This document shows positions 48,692 through 59,009 of a stretch of DNA of 64,000 nt, piece after piece. Origin of the DNA: a virus. Within the stretch, counting starts at the first letter, position 1; each line of letters begins with the position of its first letter. Under the pieces are notes generated by a model that searched no databases, had not been told where the DNA came from, and was given only the letters and a program-made list of their open reading frames with translations. The position numbers and the translations under genes were made by a program. Location: positions 1 through 64,000 of the IMG/VR virus record IMGVR_UViG_3300047557_001498; one strand, 5' to 3'.

Positions 48692-49629
48692 TACCTCCTT
48701 TGGTCAATTTCCATAATAATTTGAATAAACATAGCCATGGCATTTATTTCATGGTCTACAACAAAACTGTCTTTATACTGTGCTTCAGCAATAATTAAAA
48801 TAATTGTAGATACGAAACCATTAGCGTATGTATCAACATTATCATAAAGATAACGAAACATTTGATTAAAGTCTCTAACATGATTGTCAGCAAGTAACTG
48901 ACGAATACCATCGAACTTTTCTTTTTTACTTTTACTTGATTTCAAAACATCAATAATAGATGAAAGATAATTGTGTTCTACCAAAGTTGTTTCATCCAAT
49001 TTCAAAACACCACCGATAACACATCGTTGAGTTGTGTTGATTACACGGCGAATATCTGGATAAGATTGATTGATAATTGTTACAAGATTATCTTTGTCAT
49101 ACTTTACATTTTCACCATCAAGAATTTTTACAAGATGTTGTGCAACTTCTTTCTTTGACGGTGGAACTATATTAAATATCTGACAACGAGACTGAATGGG
49201 ATCAATAATCTTATCTACATAATTACAAGTCAAAATAAAACGAGTTGTCTTACTGAATGTTTCTATTACATTACGAAGTGCCGCCTGGGCATTTGGTGTC
49301 ATGTAATCACACTCGTCAAGTATAATTATTTTTAGTCCACCGAAACCAATCGAAGAAGCAAACTGTTTAATTTTATCACGAACAGTATCTACCGAGTTTT
49401 CATCAGAAGCATTGATATAAATGTAATTATCTTTTGCAATAGTATTTGCAACAATCTTAGCAAGTGTGGTTTTACCACTACCGGCATCACCATAAAGAAG
49501 TAAGTGTGGAACATCACTGGTGTCAATATATTGTTGAAAGGTTGCCTTTACAGTATCGTTACCAACATAAGTGTCAAGTGTCTGTGGACGATACTTTTCA
49601 TTCCAAATTGTGTGTGAGGGGTTAAACAT
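48691..49629 (-). CDS. clamp loader AAA+ subunit (gp44/RFC-like)
   Basis: W.EKYRP, GDAGSGKTT, DECD, AQAALR, SRC. Confidence 0.95.
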   Translation of the reverse strand: MFNPSHTIWNEKYRPQTLDTYVGNDTVKATFQQYIDTSDVPHLLLYGDAGSGKTTLAKIVANTIAKDNYIYINASDENSVDTVRDKIKQFASSIGFGGLKIIILDECDYMTPNAQAALRNVIETFSKTTRFILTCNYVDKIIDPIQSRCQIFNIVPPSKKEVAQHLVKILDGENVKYDKDNLVTIINQSYPDIRRVINTTQRCVIGGVLKLDETTLVEHNYLSSIIDVLKSSKSKKEKFDGIRQLLADNHVRDFNQMFRYLYDNVDTYANGFVSTIILIIAEAQYKDSFVVDHEINAMAMFIQIIMEIDQRR

Positions 49630-49658
49630 AACATACCTTAATGTTTGATAAATTCATA

Positions 49659-49692
49659 TTGTAATATACTAAATTTATTGATAAGATCAAAA
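49659..49692 (-). promoter_or_regulatory. variant promoter before the clamp loader
   Basis: Minus strand TTTTGATCT, 19-nt spacer, TATATTAC. Confidence 0.5.
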
Positions 49693-50757
49693 TTATTTTT
49701 GAAAAACAAAGATTGGCTCTCTTTTATATCCTGCACCCATGACGGCAGATAGTATCAGTTGTAGGGTATCGGTATGAGTAAAGCCAACTAAGTTGGCATA
49801 TTTTATAGTCATTTCTTCGAGGTCTTTATACTTTGGTGTGTTGGCTATATTGATTAACATATATCCACCTTTTTTCAATCCATGATAACAGTTCCGAAAT
49901 GTTCCTTGTAAGAAACCAGAACCCCAATCTTCTCTTGTTGGAAACTTATTGTATGACTGTGTTTCTTCATCTGCATATTTCTCTGTATCGAAATATGGCG
50001 GTGAAGTAAAACATAAGTCTAATGTTTCCGCCGCTGGGAGATAGTCCTCTGAACCCATCATGTTTAATTGAATATCCTTACCAAGATACTCAAAGTCATC
50101 ACGAAGTTTACAAAGTCCTTCAAATGTTTTTGTAGATGGTTCTGTTCCGATATAAGTTTTAATGTATGGTGAAGCAAGAGCACCAACCAATCTTCCACCC
50201 CAACCACAAGACATATCCCACATTACACCATCACCACCAAATTTTTTATAGATGACACCGGCTGCTGTTGGTCTGAAATTGGAAACACCTTGAACACCAG
50301 AATATATTTTTAATGATTGACGCAAACGGTTTTCTTGAAAAGAACCACCCCAATGTTTTGATAACCATTTCAAACATTTACGAATAGTCATCTTGAATGT
50401 TTGGTCATTCAAAAAATTATCCATAGGAGACATTTTAGAATTGCCACACTTTACTTCCATTGCATGAGGAAAGTATGACCACGCCAATCGAAGTCCGTTC
50501 ATGGTTTGAATTATATCACCATCTTTGAAAATAGAATCATAATCAAACTGTTGAAGTTTTCTCATGTGTTCATGTTTTTCTTGTTCGGTGATTTTCATAT
50601 ACGGATAACCATGTTTGCGGTAATACTGAAAGATACAGTCTATCGTATCATCCAATTCTCTTTTACCAGCAAAGTATTCACCCGTTTCTTTCCACAGACG
50701 AACTTCTAGCGGATCAACATCAAAAAATTTACCTAAACTTTCACTATCTACTTTCAT
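49693..50757 (-). CDS. DNA amino-methyltransferase (SPPY)
   Basis: NFRPT.A, DMSCGWGGRL, FTSPPYF; start re-called at MKVDS. Confidence 0.85.
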   Translation of the reverse strand: MKVDSESLGKFFDVDPLEVRLWKETGEYFAGKRELDDTIDCIFQYYRKHGYPYMKITEQEKHEHMRKLQQFDYDSIFKDGDIIQTMNGLRLAWSYFPHAMEVKCGNSKMSPMDNFLNDQTFKMTIRKCLKWLSKHWGGSFQENRLRQSLKIYSGVQGVSNFRPTAAGVIYKKFGGDGVMWDMSCGWGGRLVGALASPYIKTYIGTEPSTKTFEGLCKLRDDFEYLGKDIQLNMMGSEDYLPAAETLDLCFTSPPYFDTEKYADEETQSYNKFPTREDWGSGFLQGTFRNCYHGLKKGGYMLINIANTPKYKDLEEMTIKYANLVGFTHTDTLQLILSAVMGAGYKREPIFVFQK

Positions 50758-50758
50758 G

Positions 50759-52381
50759 TTATGGTTTATAGAATACAAATATCGGCTCGTGTTTGAACCA
50801 CTCACCATTGAATAAAACTTTATTTGCTAGTCTTTCTGGATCAGAATTACCAATCATCTTTGTCATCAACATACACATTTTTCCTTTATATTCCATTCCA
50901 AGTGATTTCAAAATTTTTATGGAATCTTCTTCAAGGTTTATTGTTTTAGTTGCTGAAACTTTTATGTTTGCAATATTCCAACAAAGGTATCTATCGTTCT
51001 TCAAATATCTAACAGCAGTTTCAAGTGTTGGGCGAAGAAAGTTATCTCTCCAATCTGCATATTCTCCGTGTGATTTGTATGATTGAGTTTCATCGTCAGA
51101 ATACATTTCACGATTGAAATATGGCGGTGATGTGAAAACAAAATCTAACTTACCTTCATACTTTTGGAATTTAGGATTGTGTTGAATCAATTCTGAACCA
51201 TCTTGAAAAACATCATACGTGTGATCCTCTTTTACATCGAAAAATCTTGATGAAAGTGAACTACCTTTTTCACCAATGGATTTCAAATAAAAATCAGCAA
51301 GATATTCATAACGAGTTATTCCCAATTCTGGAATAGAATTGTCTGTATTAGGATCAGTTCCAACATAATGTATTGGACGACTTACAGACATTGCACCGAG
51401 TATTCTACCACCCCACCCTGCACTTGGATCATATACCGTCACCATTTCACTTGCCGGAATATGTTTCGTAAAATGTTCATACAAAAACTTTGCAGTCATT
51501 GGCGGAAAATTTACAGCAGGTTGTGAGAATGAAATACGGAATATCTGAAATGCTTGTGGAAATAACTTTGCACTCTTTTCATATACTCTAACCAAGAAAA
51601 CGTTTACTCTTGGTTCTTCACCGTCTTTTTTTATCATAAAATTATCAGACAATTCATCTATATCACCCAAATAAAAAATCATACTTTCATCAAGTATTCC
51701 ATCCTTAACAAACTCACGAATTTGATCGGCTTTGATAGTTAAATACTTTGTATATTTTTTATTGTAAGTTTCAAGTGTACACGATATTTTTGAAATACGC
51801 AAACCTTGTCCATCAAATCTACCATCACCATTCTTAAATGCTAAGAAGAAATCTCGAAGTGTTTCTCCCTCACGGAAGTATGGGTTCTTGATTTGATTTG
51901 ATGAAATGGATTTACTATACAAATACATTGAATCGTTATACAGAGTTCTACGCATAACATGATGAAATGTCTCTTTCATTTCATCGGTGAAGAAATCGTA
52001 AATAGATCGTGAAGTTTCACCGTTTGTTCCACTGGCAATTTTTGTTTTCAACATTGTTGGGAAGAATTGATTAGCTGCAGAACCGTTTTTAGAAAAATTG
52101 GCAATGACGCCGATGATGTCAGCGTCATTACCTTTTTCTGGATTATGAAAAATCTTTGAAGAATTGAATTGACGGAGCTTTGAAAATGATTGTATGATTT
52201 CTTCTTCACTTCTGCCAACAAGTGGCGGTTTACCATTTTCATCCCAATCTTTCAAAAACCTCATTCGTAAATCTTCTACCCATTCGGAAAACTTTTTATC
52301 GTCATAAGTTACCAACTCACCATATGTTATATTACATGGCCAGGACAGAACATTACCTTTTTCATAAAAATATTTTTGCAT
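50759..52381 (-). CDS. DNA amino-methyltransferase (SPPY)
   Basis: NFPP..AK, DPSAGWGGRI, FTSPPYF. Confidence 0.85.
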   Translation of the reverse strand: MQKYFYEKGNVLSWPCNITYGELVTYDDKKFSEWVEDLRMRFLKDWDENGKPPLVGRSEEEIIQSFSKLRQFNSSKIFHNPEKGNDADIIGVIANFSKNGSAANQFFPTMLKTKIASGTNGETSRSIYDFFTDEMKETFHHVMRRTLYNDSMYLYSKSISSNQIKNPYFREGETLRDFFLAFKNGDGRFDGQGLRISKISCTLETYNKKYTKYLTIKADQIREFVKDGILDESMIFYLGDIDELSDNFMIKKDGEEPRVNVFLVRVYEKSAKLFPQAFQIFRISFSQPAVNFPPMTAKFLYEHFTKHIPASEMVTVYDPSAGWGGRILGAMSVSRPIHYVGTDPNTDNSIPELGITRYEYLADFYLKSIGEKGSSLSSRFFDVKEDHTYDVFQDGSELIQHNPKFQKYEGKLDFVFTSPPYFNREMYSDDETQSYKSHGEYADWRDNFLRPTLETAVRYLKNDRYLCWNIANIKVSATKTINLEEDSIKILKSLGMEYKGKMCMLMTKMIGNSDPERLANKVLFNGEWFKHEPIFVFYKP

Positions 52382-53100
52382 CAGTTGTTATCCAATTTTA
52401 CTAAATAATATTTGGCTTCAAAATCATCAATATCAAATTCAACTTTTGCCAAACCTTCGGAAGAAACTTTAAGAGTTCCACCATTAAGGTCTTTATTAGC
52501 AGCAAGAATACCGTTAAAGTATTTTGCAGAGAAACTAATCGGATCAATATCACCACTTGCATTACAATCAATATCAATAGAGATACGGTTTGAATTTGTA
52601 TTTGAATAACCAAGAACAATTTGATATTTGTTCAATTTATCATTCTTCAATACCGTGAACTTTTCAATATCAGATAGTGCAGATTTTGCCTTAATGAATT
52701 TGTCAATAAATTCTTTTGTAATCGTAATATCCAATTCAAAAGGTGGCAACTCTTTTAGGTCTGGTGCAGGTGGAATTACTGCAAGGTCAGCCAACATATA
52801 ATTTACCGTAGTTGATTTGTCATCAATAGTTAATGAGAACGCCTTATCACCTGCACCGTTTACTTGAAAGTTTACTGTATTACCAAGAACTCCCAATAAA
52901 CTCACAAGCAGGTCAGTATTGTAAACTCCAAATTTCCAAGAATCTCCTTGAAAACTTTTTAACTTAACTTCACCAACAACACACTTATCATCGGAAATAA
53001 AACGAGTAGATAAACCACCGTTCATATTCCAAGCAACCGATTGAATCAACTTACCCAAGTGATACTTGCTGATAAAGTTGAGCAACTTTGATTTTTCCAT
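52381..53100 (-). CDS. sliding clamp (gp45-like)
   Basis: 239 aa, beta-rich, C-terminal G.LKVSSEGL.KVEF..YYLV; between polymerase and clamp loader. Confidence 0.7.
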   Translation of the reverse strand: MEKSKLLNFISKYHLGKLIQSVAWNMNGGLSTRFISDDKCVVGEVKLKSFQGDSWKFGVYNTDLLVSLLGVLGNTVNFQVNGAGDKAFSLTIDDKSTTVNYMLADLAVIPPAPDLKELPPFELDITITKEFIDKFIKAKSALSDIEKFTVLKNDKLNKYQIVLGYSNTNSNRISIDIDCNASGDIDPISFSAKYFNGILAANKDLNGGTLKVSSEGLAKVEFDIDDFEAKYYLVKLDNN

Positions 53101-53133
53101 AACAAAAATCCTTAATGATTAGAAAATAATGTA

Positions 53134-53167
53134 TACAAATATACGAAAAAATTTTGAATTATCAAAA
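53134..53167 (-). promoter_or_regulatory. Bacteroidota-type promoter before the clamp gene
   Basis: Minus strand TTTG-N19-TATATTTGTA. Confidence 0.8.
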
Positions 53168-54076
53168 CGAAAAAAACTTTTGTGCAACTTTTTTGTTCTC
53201 CGTTGGGAAATCCCACTTCATTGCATCATAAAAGTTTCTTAACTTGCCATCCAATTCAGATACAAATAATTCGTTGGCATCAAAATGTTCTTTGATAAAC
53301 TCAATAATTTCATCTGGATCGGAATCTCCACGAAAAGCCAACTCCTCCAAACCATATTTGTTGGCTTTTAAATAAGCAATCTTAACCTTATCACCATTTT
53401 TGATTGGAGGAAACTTTGGAGGACAACCAAATACTTTTAATAACTTATTGTAATTTATAGCAGCTTTAATATGTGATGGTGTTCCTTTTCCGAATTTACC
53501 AAGAACATCATCCGTAACCATGCTTGCATATTTTTTAATGTCTTTAATAGAAGATGTCTTTGCAACCTCTGAATACAAAACTGTATTCAGATTTCTTTTG
53601 AAAGATAAAATATTTTCATCTATGTCCTTTTTATTTTTGTCTTTGAGAATATCAACTATAACATTTTTCATAAGTTTCTGAAACGATTTTGGGAATGATG
53701 AGCGCACAATATCCAATCCTTTAACTTCTAACTTATCAACCGATACTCCATTATCTGAAATAATCCATAGTGCATATCTCTTTTTCTTTTGCCAGAAACC
53801 CGTTCTACCAATCATTTCTTGTTTAATTTCTAAACGATGTTTGTCTGTATTGAATATCTTTTTAGCAAAAACATCATAGAATTGATTAACATAATTTTGA
53901 ACTTCAGTTGCAATTTCGTAAATTTTAGGTGTCATAGAATCAATATCATTGGTATCTATTTCAGGAAATCTATTCTTAACGAGAGGCAGACAAGAAACGA
54001 AAACAGAATCCGTGTCTACATATTGAACATGATCTATTTCAACATTTTCATTTTTTATTATTTTTTTTATTTTCAT
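53162..54076 (-). CDS. polB: family B DNA polymerase, C-terminal fragment (motif C, thumb)
   Basis: YVDTDSVF, KKRYA, VKGLDIVRSS, C-terminal clamp-binding-like QKFFSF. Confidence 0.92.
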   Translation of the reverse strand: MKIKKIIKNENVEIDHVQYVDTDSVFVSCLPLVKNRFPEIDTNDIDSMTPKIYEIATEVQNYVNQFYDVFAKKIFNTDKHRLEIKQEMIGRTGFWQKKKRYALWIISDNGVSVDKLEVKGLDIVRSSFPKSFQKLMKNVIVDILKDKNKKDIDENILSFKRNLNTVLYSEVAKTSSIKDIKKYASMVTDDVLGKFGKGTPSHIKAAINYNKLLKVFGCPPKFPPIKNGDKVKIAYLKANKYGLEELAFRGDSDPDEIIEFIKEHFDANELFVSELDGKLRNFYDAMKWDFPTENKKVAQKFFSF

Positions 54077-54092
54077 ATCGAATCAATATATT

Positions 54093-54740
54093 TTACAAAT
54101 TAAGAAAACTTTTATACGAACATGATATATTTGCATTGTCTAAATAGTGTTTAAATTCTACATCCGAATCTCTTTCTTCTGGTGTGAAATACCACGGTAT
54201 ATGTTTTGCCCTATAATCAACTAAACTAACACCACCGATGAATGCATCTTTTATATTGTAAACAGCAAATGTAGTATCTATCAATACATTTATCAAACAA
54301 CCTTCAAGTTCTGTTGATTGCGTTTGTCTAGATTTTTCATACGATTGTATGTGATCATAATACGGCGAATCAATCGGAACATCGTGAAAGTCTAATGTTA
54401 AACCAACCTTACCATAATCTGGAAATTTTTCAAGAATAGATATTGATTTTGTCAAACAATCTGTTGGTGTGATTGATAAATCTAAATCAGGATCTGTTAC
54501 AACATAGTAATCTGATTCTAATGAATTAACCAATCCCGAAATCCATGGTGCATGATGGCCTAAATTTTCAGTTCTAACAACTCTAATATCCGTTTCACTA
54601 TACCATTCCAAAAGAGGTTCATATGTACTATCATTATCTAAAATTATTATTTCACCGACCATATCAAACTTTGAAATGTATTCTATCATTTTTCTTGGCC
54701 ATGTCAATAAGTTTCTATTATTTATTATTACTGGAATCAT
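54093..54740 (-). CDS. glycosyltransferase family 2 lying between the polymerase halves
   Basis: IIILDNDSTYEPLL.WY, NLGH, YVVTDPDL, DTTFAVY, HIPWY. Confidence 0.8.
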   Translation of the reverse strand: MIPVIINNRNLLTWPRKMIEYISKFDMVGEIIILDNDSTYEPLLEWYSETDIRVVRTENLGHHAPWISGLVNSLESDYYVVTDPDLDLSITPTDCLTKSISILEKFPDYGKVGLTLDFHDVPIDSPYYDHIQSYEKSRQTQSTELEGCLINVLIDTTFAVYNIKDAFIGGVSLVDYRAKHIPWYFTPEERDSDVEFKHYLDNANISCSYKSFLNL

Positions 54741-54755
54741 TTTTTTTCCAAAAAA

Positions 54756-56522
54756 TTATACAATATCATCTGTTTCTAAAAGTTCAGACGCCTTAACTTT
54801 TGTCAATATACCATTTCTCATTATGGATATAAAATTATTTGAATAGTATGTTCGAGTTGAATTGTCTTCCATTTTAACAATTACCTCATATCCAAGCTCT
54901 TTATTGTATTTCATGTTTATAGCAGCTTCTGTTTTTTTGATAACGGTTTGACCGGATAGAGTAACCGCTTCAGCATTATCAATATCATAAAAACGAAATG
55001 CCGGTAAACCCAAAATACCATACATAGAATTAAGAAGAATTTTTTGAACAAGTTGTCTTTTCTTGTAAAACTCATACTTTTCTGTATCACCCGCATTACC
55101 CCACTTCTTCATTTCATTTTTATACTCAACCCTCTTATCAAACCAATCAGAAAGAATTGCTGGAATAAGTCCTGTTCTTTCTGAACTATACATTACCCCA
55201 TTTGATGCAACGGTGTATTTGTATTTATCCAAAAATGCCTTTAACTTTTCTTTCGATACCGTTTCACCACCAACAATATATGCATCTACATTACCACGAA
55301 GAAATTCTTCTGCATTCCAATTCTCAATCTTAGCAATTTTTGTTTCCGGTGAAATGTTTAGTGTCATAATGATTGACGGATAAAGTGATGTTAAGTCCAA
55401 GTCATACATCCACTCATATCTACCAGGAACGGGATCCTTAACAAATGCTCCAATAAATCCCTTCTCACCACTATCTTTCAATTCTTGCATTTTTTCTTGT
55501 CTATCTGCAGGTTTGTTCGGAGCAACAACACCACCAATATGCTTCAGATATGTCAGCATCGCACCTTCAAGATACTTTGATGAATAAACAAAATCTTCAT
55601 AAGGAACATGACCGACATGAGCAATACCTCTAACTAAATCGATATATTGTAATTTCTTATCCAAATCAATTACCAACTCAACGTCAGTAATGTTGTAATC
55701 AATAAATGTATCAATATCGTTTTCCATCAAATCATCAAGATTACCCTCATACTCAACCTTACCACGACCAAGTTCTGTTATTGAAACATAATCTAATGAA
55801 TAAGATGGTAGCTCCTTATATGAGAATTTTTTGTAAACAGTCATATAATCTAACACAGATGTCCCACCTATTGTATATCGGTTTCTATATGGAGAATAAA
55901 ACATTTCACCGATAACAGAAAGATTGTTTGCTTGTTTTTTACCGAGAACACGTTTGATGCGATTATACAAATATGGAATATCGAATGCATCACAATTCCA
56001 ACCCGTCATAACATGGGGTTGAATTTCTTGAATAGCATCTATAAATTTTAATAACAAAGTTTTTTCATCGTAACATGGAATTACTGTTTTGTTATGGGTA
56101 GTTTTTGAATCTAATTTTTTTTTCTTGTCCAATACAAGAATTGTGTAATGGTCTGATGCAGAATCATGGTAAGCGATAGATGTTACTTCATTGTTACCTT
56201 GTGTTGGATCTGGAACACCTGTAATCATTTCAACCTCAATATCAAATGTCATAGTAACTATTCCATTTGACGGCATATCTGAATCGCCGTACATATCAAC
56301 GAGAATACGAGTAGTCTCTGCAATATCAGATTCAAACAAGTCTGGATCATTCTTAACAAAGTTTGTAACCTTTGATAGTTTATCACCATATAGAGAAATA
56401 TATTTACCGTTAGGATCTTTTTTGTAAGCATACGGTTTATATTCAAAATGTAATAAACCTTTGGTATCATCCCAAACCCACGCTTCTCTTGTATTTGTTT
56501 TTACGAAAATGTTTTGATACAT
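54756..56522 (-). CDS. polB: family B DNA polymerase, N-terminal fragment (3'-5' exonuclease, motifs A and B)
   Basis: FDIEV, GWN..FD.PY, YN..DV, DLTSLYPS, K..LNS.YG; start re-called at MYQNIF. Confidence 0.92.
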   Translation of the reverse strand: MYQNIFVKTNTREAWVWDDTKGLLHFEYKPYAYKKDPNGKYISLYGDKLSKVTNFVKNDPDLFESDIAETTRILVDMYGDSDMPSNGIVTMTFDIEVEMITGVPDPTQGNNEVTSIAYHDSASDHYTILVLDKKKKLDSKTTHNKTVIPCYDEKTLLLKFIDAIQEIQPHVMTGWNCDAFDIPYLYNRIKRVLGKKQANNLSVIGEMFYSPYRNRYTIGGTSVLDYMTVYKKFSYKELPSYSLDYVSITELGRGKVEYEGNLDDLMENDIDTFIDYNITDVELVIDLDKKLQYIDLVRGIAHVGHVPYEDFVYSSKYLEGAMLTYLKHIGGVVAPNKPADRQEKMQELKDSGEKGFIGAFVKDPVPGRYEWMYDLDLTSLYPSIIMTLNISPETKIAKIENWNAEEFLRGNVDAYIVGGETVSKEKLKAFLDKYKYTVASNGVMYSSERTGLIPAILSDWFDKRVEYKNEMKKWGNAGDTEKYEFYKKRQLVQKILLNSMYGILGLPAFRFYDIDNAEAVTLSGQTVIKKTEAAINMKYNKELGYEVIVKMEDNSTRTYYSNNFISIMRNGILTKVKASELLETDDIV

Positions 56523-56523
56523 A

Positions 56524-57750
56524 TTAAACTCTCTTAAACATCCATATTGGTTCACAAAACTTTTTATCTCTATTCTTCTCGGCAAATTCTACACTATCAT
56601 CAAGGAAATGTCCGTCTCTTGTTGCAGTTCCTGCACCGGCAGAGTTTGGTCTTTTTGACATTTCCATTCCGATACAACCGATATATTCCATTCCATTCTC
56701 TACAAGGAAATCACTCATTGGGTTTGTTATCTCTAACCATTGACGACCGGTAGACCATGCAGAGTTTGTGTAAACATCTGCAATGTTTATTGCCATAATA
56801 CCACCAACTCTCAATGATGGGATGATATTACCCAATGTTTTATGTAGAAAGTTTTTATTCCATTCATCAATACCTTTATATCGAACCCAACTTTGTGTGT
56901 CTGATTGTGAATACTTCTCAACATTAAAATATGGTGGTGATGTAAACACCAAGTCAAAGTGTTCCGGATATTGTGTGAAATCGAAATCTTCTGCTGGTGA
57001 TGTATAAAAATTCGTTTTCTTTTTACTTTCAAAGAAACCTAAATTCTTTTCATAGAACTGTTTTTGTTCTTCATATATCGGATGATTTTCTACTCTTGGA
57101 TCCAAACCAACATAATGTTCGGTACAAGATGCTGCATAAAAACCAGCAAGTCTGTCACCCCATCCCATAGAGAAATCCAATACATTCTTTACACCCAACA
57201 TTTCATATAGAACTTTAGCAACATTTGGTTTAAACTGTGAACAAATGTATTTACGAAGACCTAACATGGTTCTTAATTCCGATTTACCAAGTGTTTCCAT
57301 TTTGAGTGAATACATGGAACCCATTAGTGATTTCATAAACTTATGGTTAGACCATGTTCTGGCAGGACCTGGTGAAACTGATGCATCAACTTCCCAACGA
57401 TTCTTTTGTTGAAAATAATTTGATGCATCGTTACCAGTATTCAAACGACTGAAATATAATTGTTTTCCCTCATATGTCAAAGCATATTTTGGTTCAGACG
57501 CCTTTCTTGGAAACCACTCACCTTCGGTTAGCAATTCATTCCAACGAATACCTTTGAGTTTTAGAAACTCTCGTTGTGCATCTTCAATAGTAATTTCAGC
57601 GTAAGGTAAAGGGTATGTCATTGCTATTTCAGCAAGACGATCCTTTACATATTCTTTATCGAAGTTTTCTTTTATGTATGTTATTTGTTCGGCAGTTATT
57701 GTTAGATACGGTTCCATACCGTAAAATTGTTGGAAGTAATCTTGTTGCAC
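56524..57750 (-). CDS. DNA amino-methyltransferase (SPPY)
   Basis: QFKPNVAK, DFSMGWGDRL, FTSPPYF. Confidence 0.85.
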   Translation of the reverse strand: MQQDYFQQFYGMEPYLTITAEQITYIKENFDKEYVKDRLAEIAMTYPLPYAEITIEDAQREFLKLKGIRWNELLTEGEWFPRKASEPKYALTYEGKQLYFSRLNTGNDASNYFQQKNRWEVDASVSPGPARTWSNHKFMKSLMGSMYSLKMETLGKSELRTMLGLRKYICSQFKPNVAKVLYEMLGVKNVLDFSMGWGDRLAGFYAASCTEHYVGLDPRVENHPIYEEQKQFYEKNLGFFESKKKTNFYTSPAEDFDFTQYPEHFDLVFTSPPYFNVEKYSQSDTQSWVRYKGIDEWNKNFLHKTLGNIIPSLRVGGIMAINIADVYTNSAWSTGRQWLEITNPMSDFLVENGMEYIGCIGMEMSKRPNSAGAGTATRDGHFLDDSVEFAEKNRDKKFCEPIWMFKRV

Positions 57751-57763
57751 AAAACACCATTTG

Positions 57764-58054
57764 TTAATCTATTGAATAAAAACTACCTATTCTATCTCTC
57801 ATATCATATACAACTCTAAACTTTCTTACAAATTCATCTTGTTTGTATATTTTTGTATCATTATTATCAATAACAACGTAATCGCCCGGTAAAATTTCTT
57901 TTCCAGATTTAAATGTGAACTTGTACAACGATTCACTTACCAATGAAATAACACCGTCCCATTTATCAACAGCTTCAAGTGCAGATTCTTTTGTGCCATC
58001 AAAATGATATGCAGAGAATTTAGAGTGTAAAGGTTCGACCATCATAAAATTCAT
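57764..58054 (-). CDS. hypothetical protein
   Basis: A..FDG...GDYVV...EF motif. Confidence 0.7.
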   Translation of the reverse strand: MNFMMVEPLHSKFSAYHFDGTKESALEAVDKWDGVISLVSESLYKFTFKSGKEILPGDYVVIDNNDTKIYKQDEFVRKFRVVYDMRDRIGSFYSID

Positions 58055-58059
58055 AACAA

Positions 58060-58344
58060 TTATTTCCTCATAAGTTTTTTCTTAAAATCTTTCAACCAAT
58101 CTGGATCGTTTTCAGTATCATCAATGTCATAATATGTTTTACCATCTTTTGCCATTGTCCAATTATCAGAGATTTCATCCTCATTTGGCATTAGAATTTC
58201 TTCCAAAGAATCCAAATCACCGTGAGTTGCTGCAATATGATCCTTTATATGTTTTCTGGTCTTTCTGTGAGCATGGACTTTATCATATTTTTCAGAAGAA
58301 CCTGTATTGCCTATTATAGGATTTTTTCTATATGAACGGCTCAT
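58060..58344 (-). CDS. basic hypothetical protein
   Basis: MSRSYRK.P...K..AHRK.R; GAGGT SD. Confidence 0.75.
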   Translation of the reverse strand: MSRSYRKNPIIGNTGSSEKYDKVHAHRKTRKHIKDHIAATHGDLDSLEEILMPNEDEISDNWTMAKDGKTYYDIDDTENDPDWLKDFKKKLMRK

Positions 58345-58361
58345 AACATAACCTCATAAAA

Positions 58362-59009
58362 TTAAAGTTGAATATCTTTCCAATTTCCGTTTGCAATAGT
58401 TTTTGTTGCCCATTTACCCATGTTGTTTGCAACTTCATAATAGTTGTAAACACCTTTTTGTTCTAACATACTATCTTCAAACACAAATGGTCTACCCTTT
58501 ACCTTTGTCATAAATTCTCCACCCTTACCCATGTTTCTATCATTAAAAGATTGTGTGTTTCTGTATCCAGGAAAAGAATTAGGACACTTATTTGTTCCAA
58601 TCAAAACAGATCCTTTGCCACCTTTTGGTATAAACAGTATAGAATCTTGCATATACTTTTCACCTAGTCTGACTAAATCTGATTTTAATGTTCCCTTATC
58701 TTTCAAATCAACAACAAAGTAAACATCCTCTTTTACTTCTTTTGCATCTTTTGTTCCAAAGTTTTCGATATAAGCACCATCAACTCTAGTTACACCATAA
58801 CCAAGAACTTCAAGATTTGCATACAACTGTCTATTTCTTTTTTTATTATCATCCAATGAATATTCTGCATCATCTGGACTACCACAACCTTCTTTTGAAC
58901 GGAATGCCGTTATTGTACCACAATCATGTTCATCCATGTGTTTTGTTAAACGAGAAAGACCACTCTCATTTACATTCTTGTTTGGTAATAAATCTTTTAA
59001 CTTTGCCAT
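58362..59009 (-). CDS. conserved large-phage protein with MAKLKDLL motif
   Basis: ESGLSRL..H, ITAFR, GYG.T.V.G.YIE, QDSIL. Confidence 0.75.
   Translation of the reverse strand: MAKLKDLLPNKNVNESGLSRLTKHMDEHDCGTITAFRSKEGCGSPDDAEYSLDDNKKRNRQLYANLEVLGYGVTRVDGAYIENFGTKDAKEVKEDVYFVVDLKDKGTLKSDLVRLGEKYMQDSILFIPKGGKGSVLIGTNKCPNSFPGYRNTQSFNDRNMGKGGEFMTKVKGRPFVFEDSMLEQKGVYNYYEVANNMGKWATKTIANGNWKDIQL

Noticed and set aside
54050-54890. Functional split intein or self-splicing intron in polB
   Set aside because: No Cys/Ser1, block-B His, terminal His-Asn or +1 nucleophile. The intervening DNA is almost entirely a GT2 ORF with 15-16 nt gaps, leaving no room for a group I/II intron core.
53162-56522. polB pseudogene or simple frameshift
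   Set aside because: Both halves keep all catalytic motifs and have clean starts and stops, and a whole gene lies between them.
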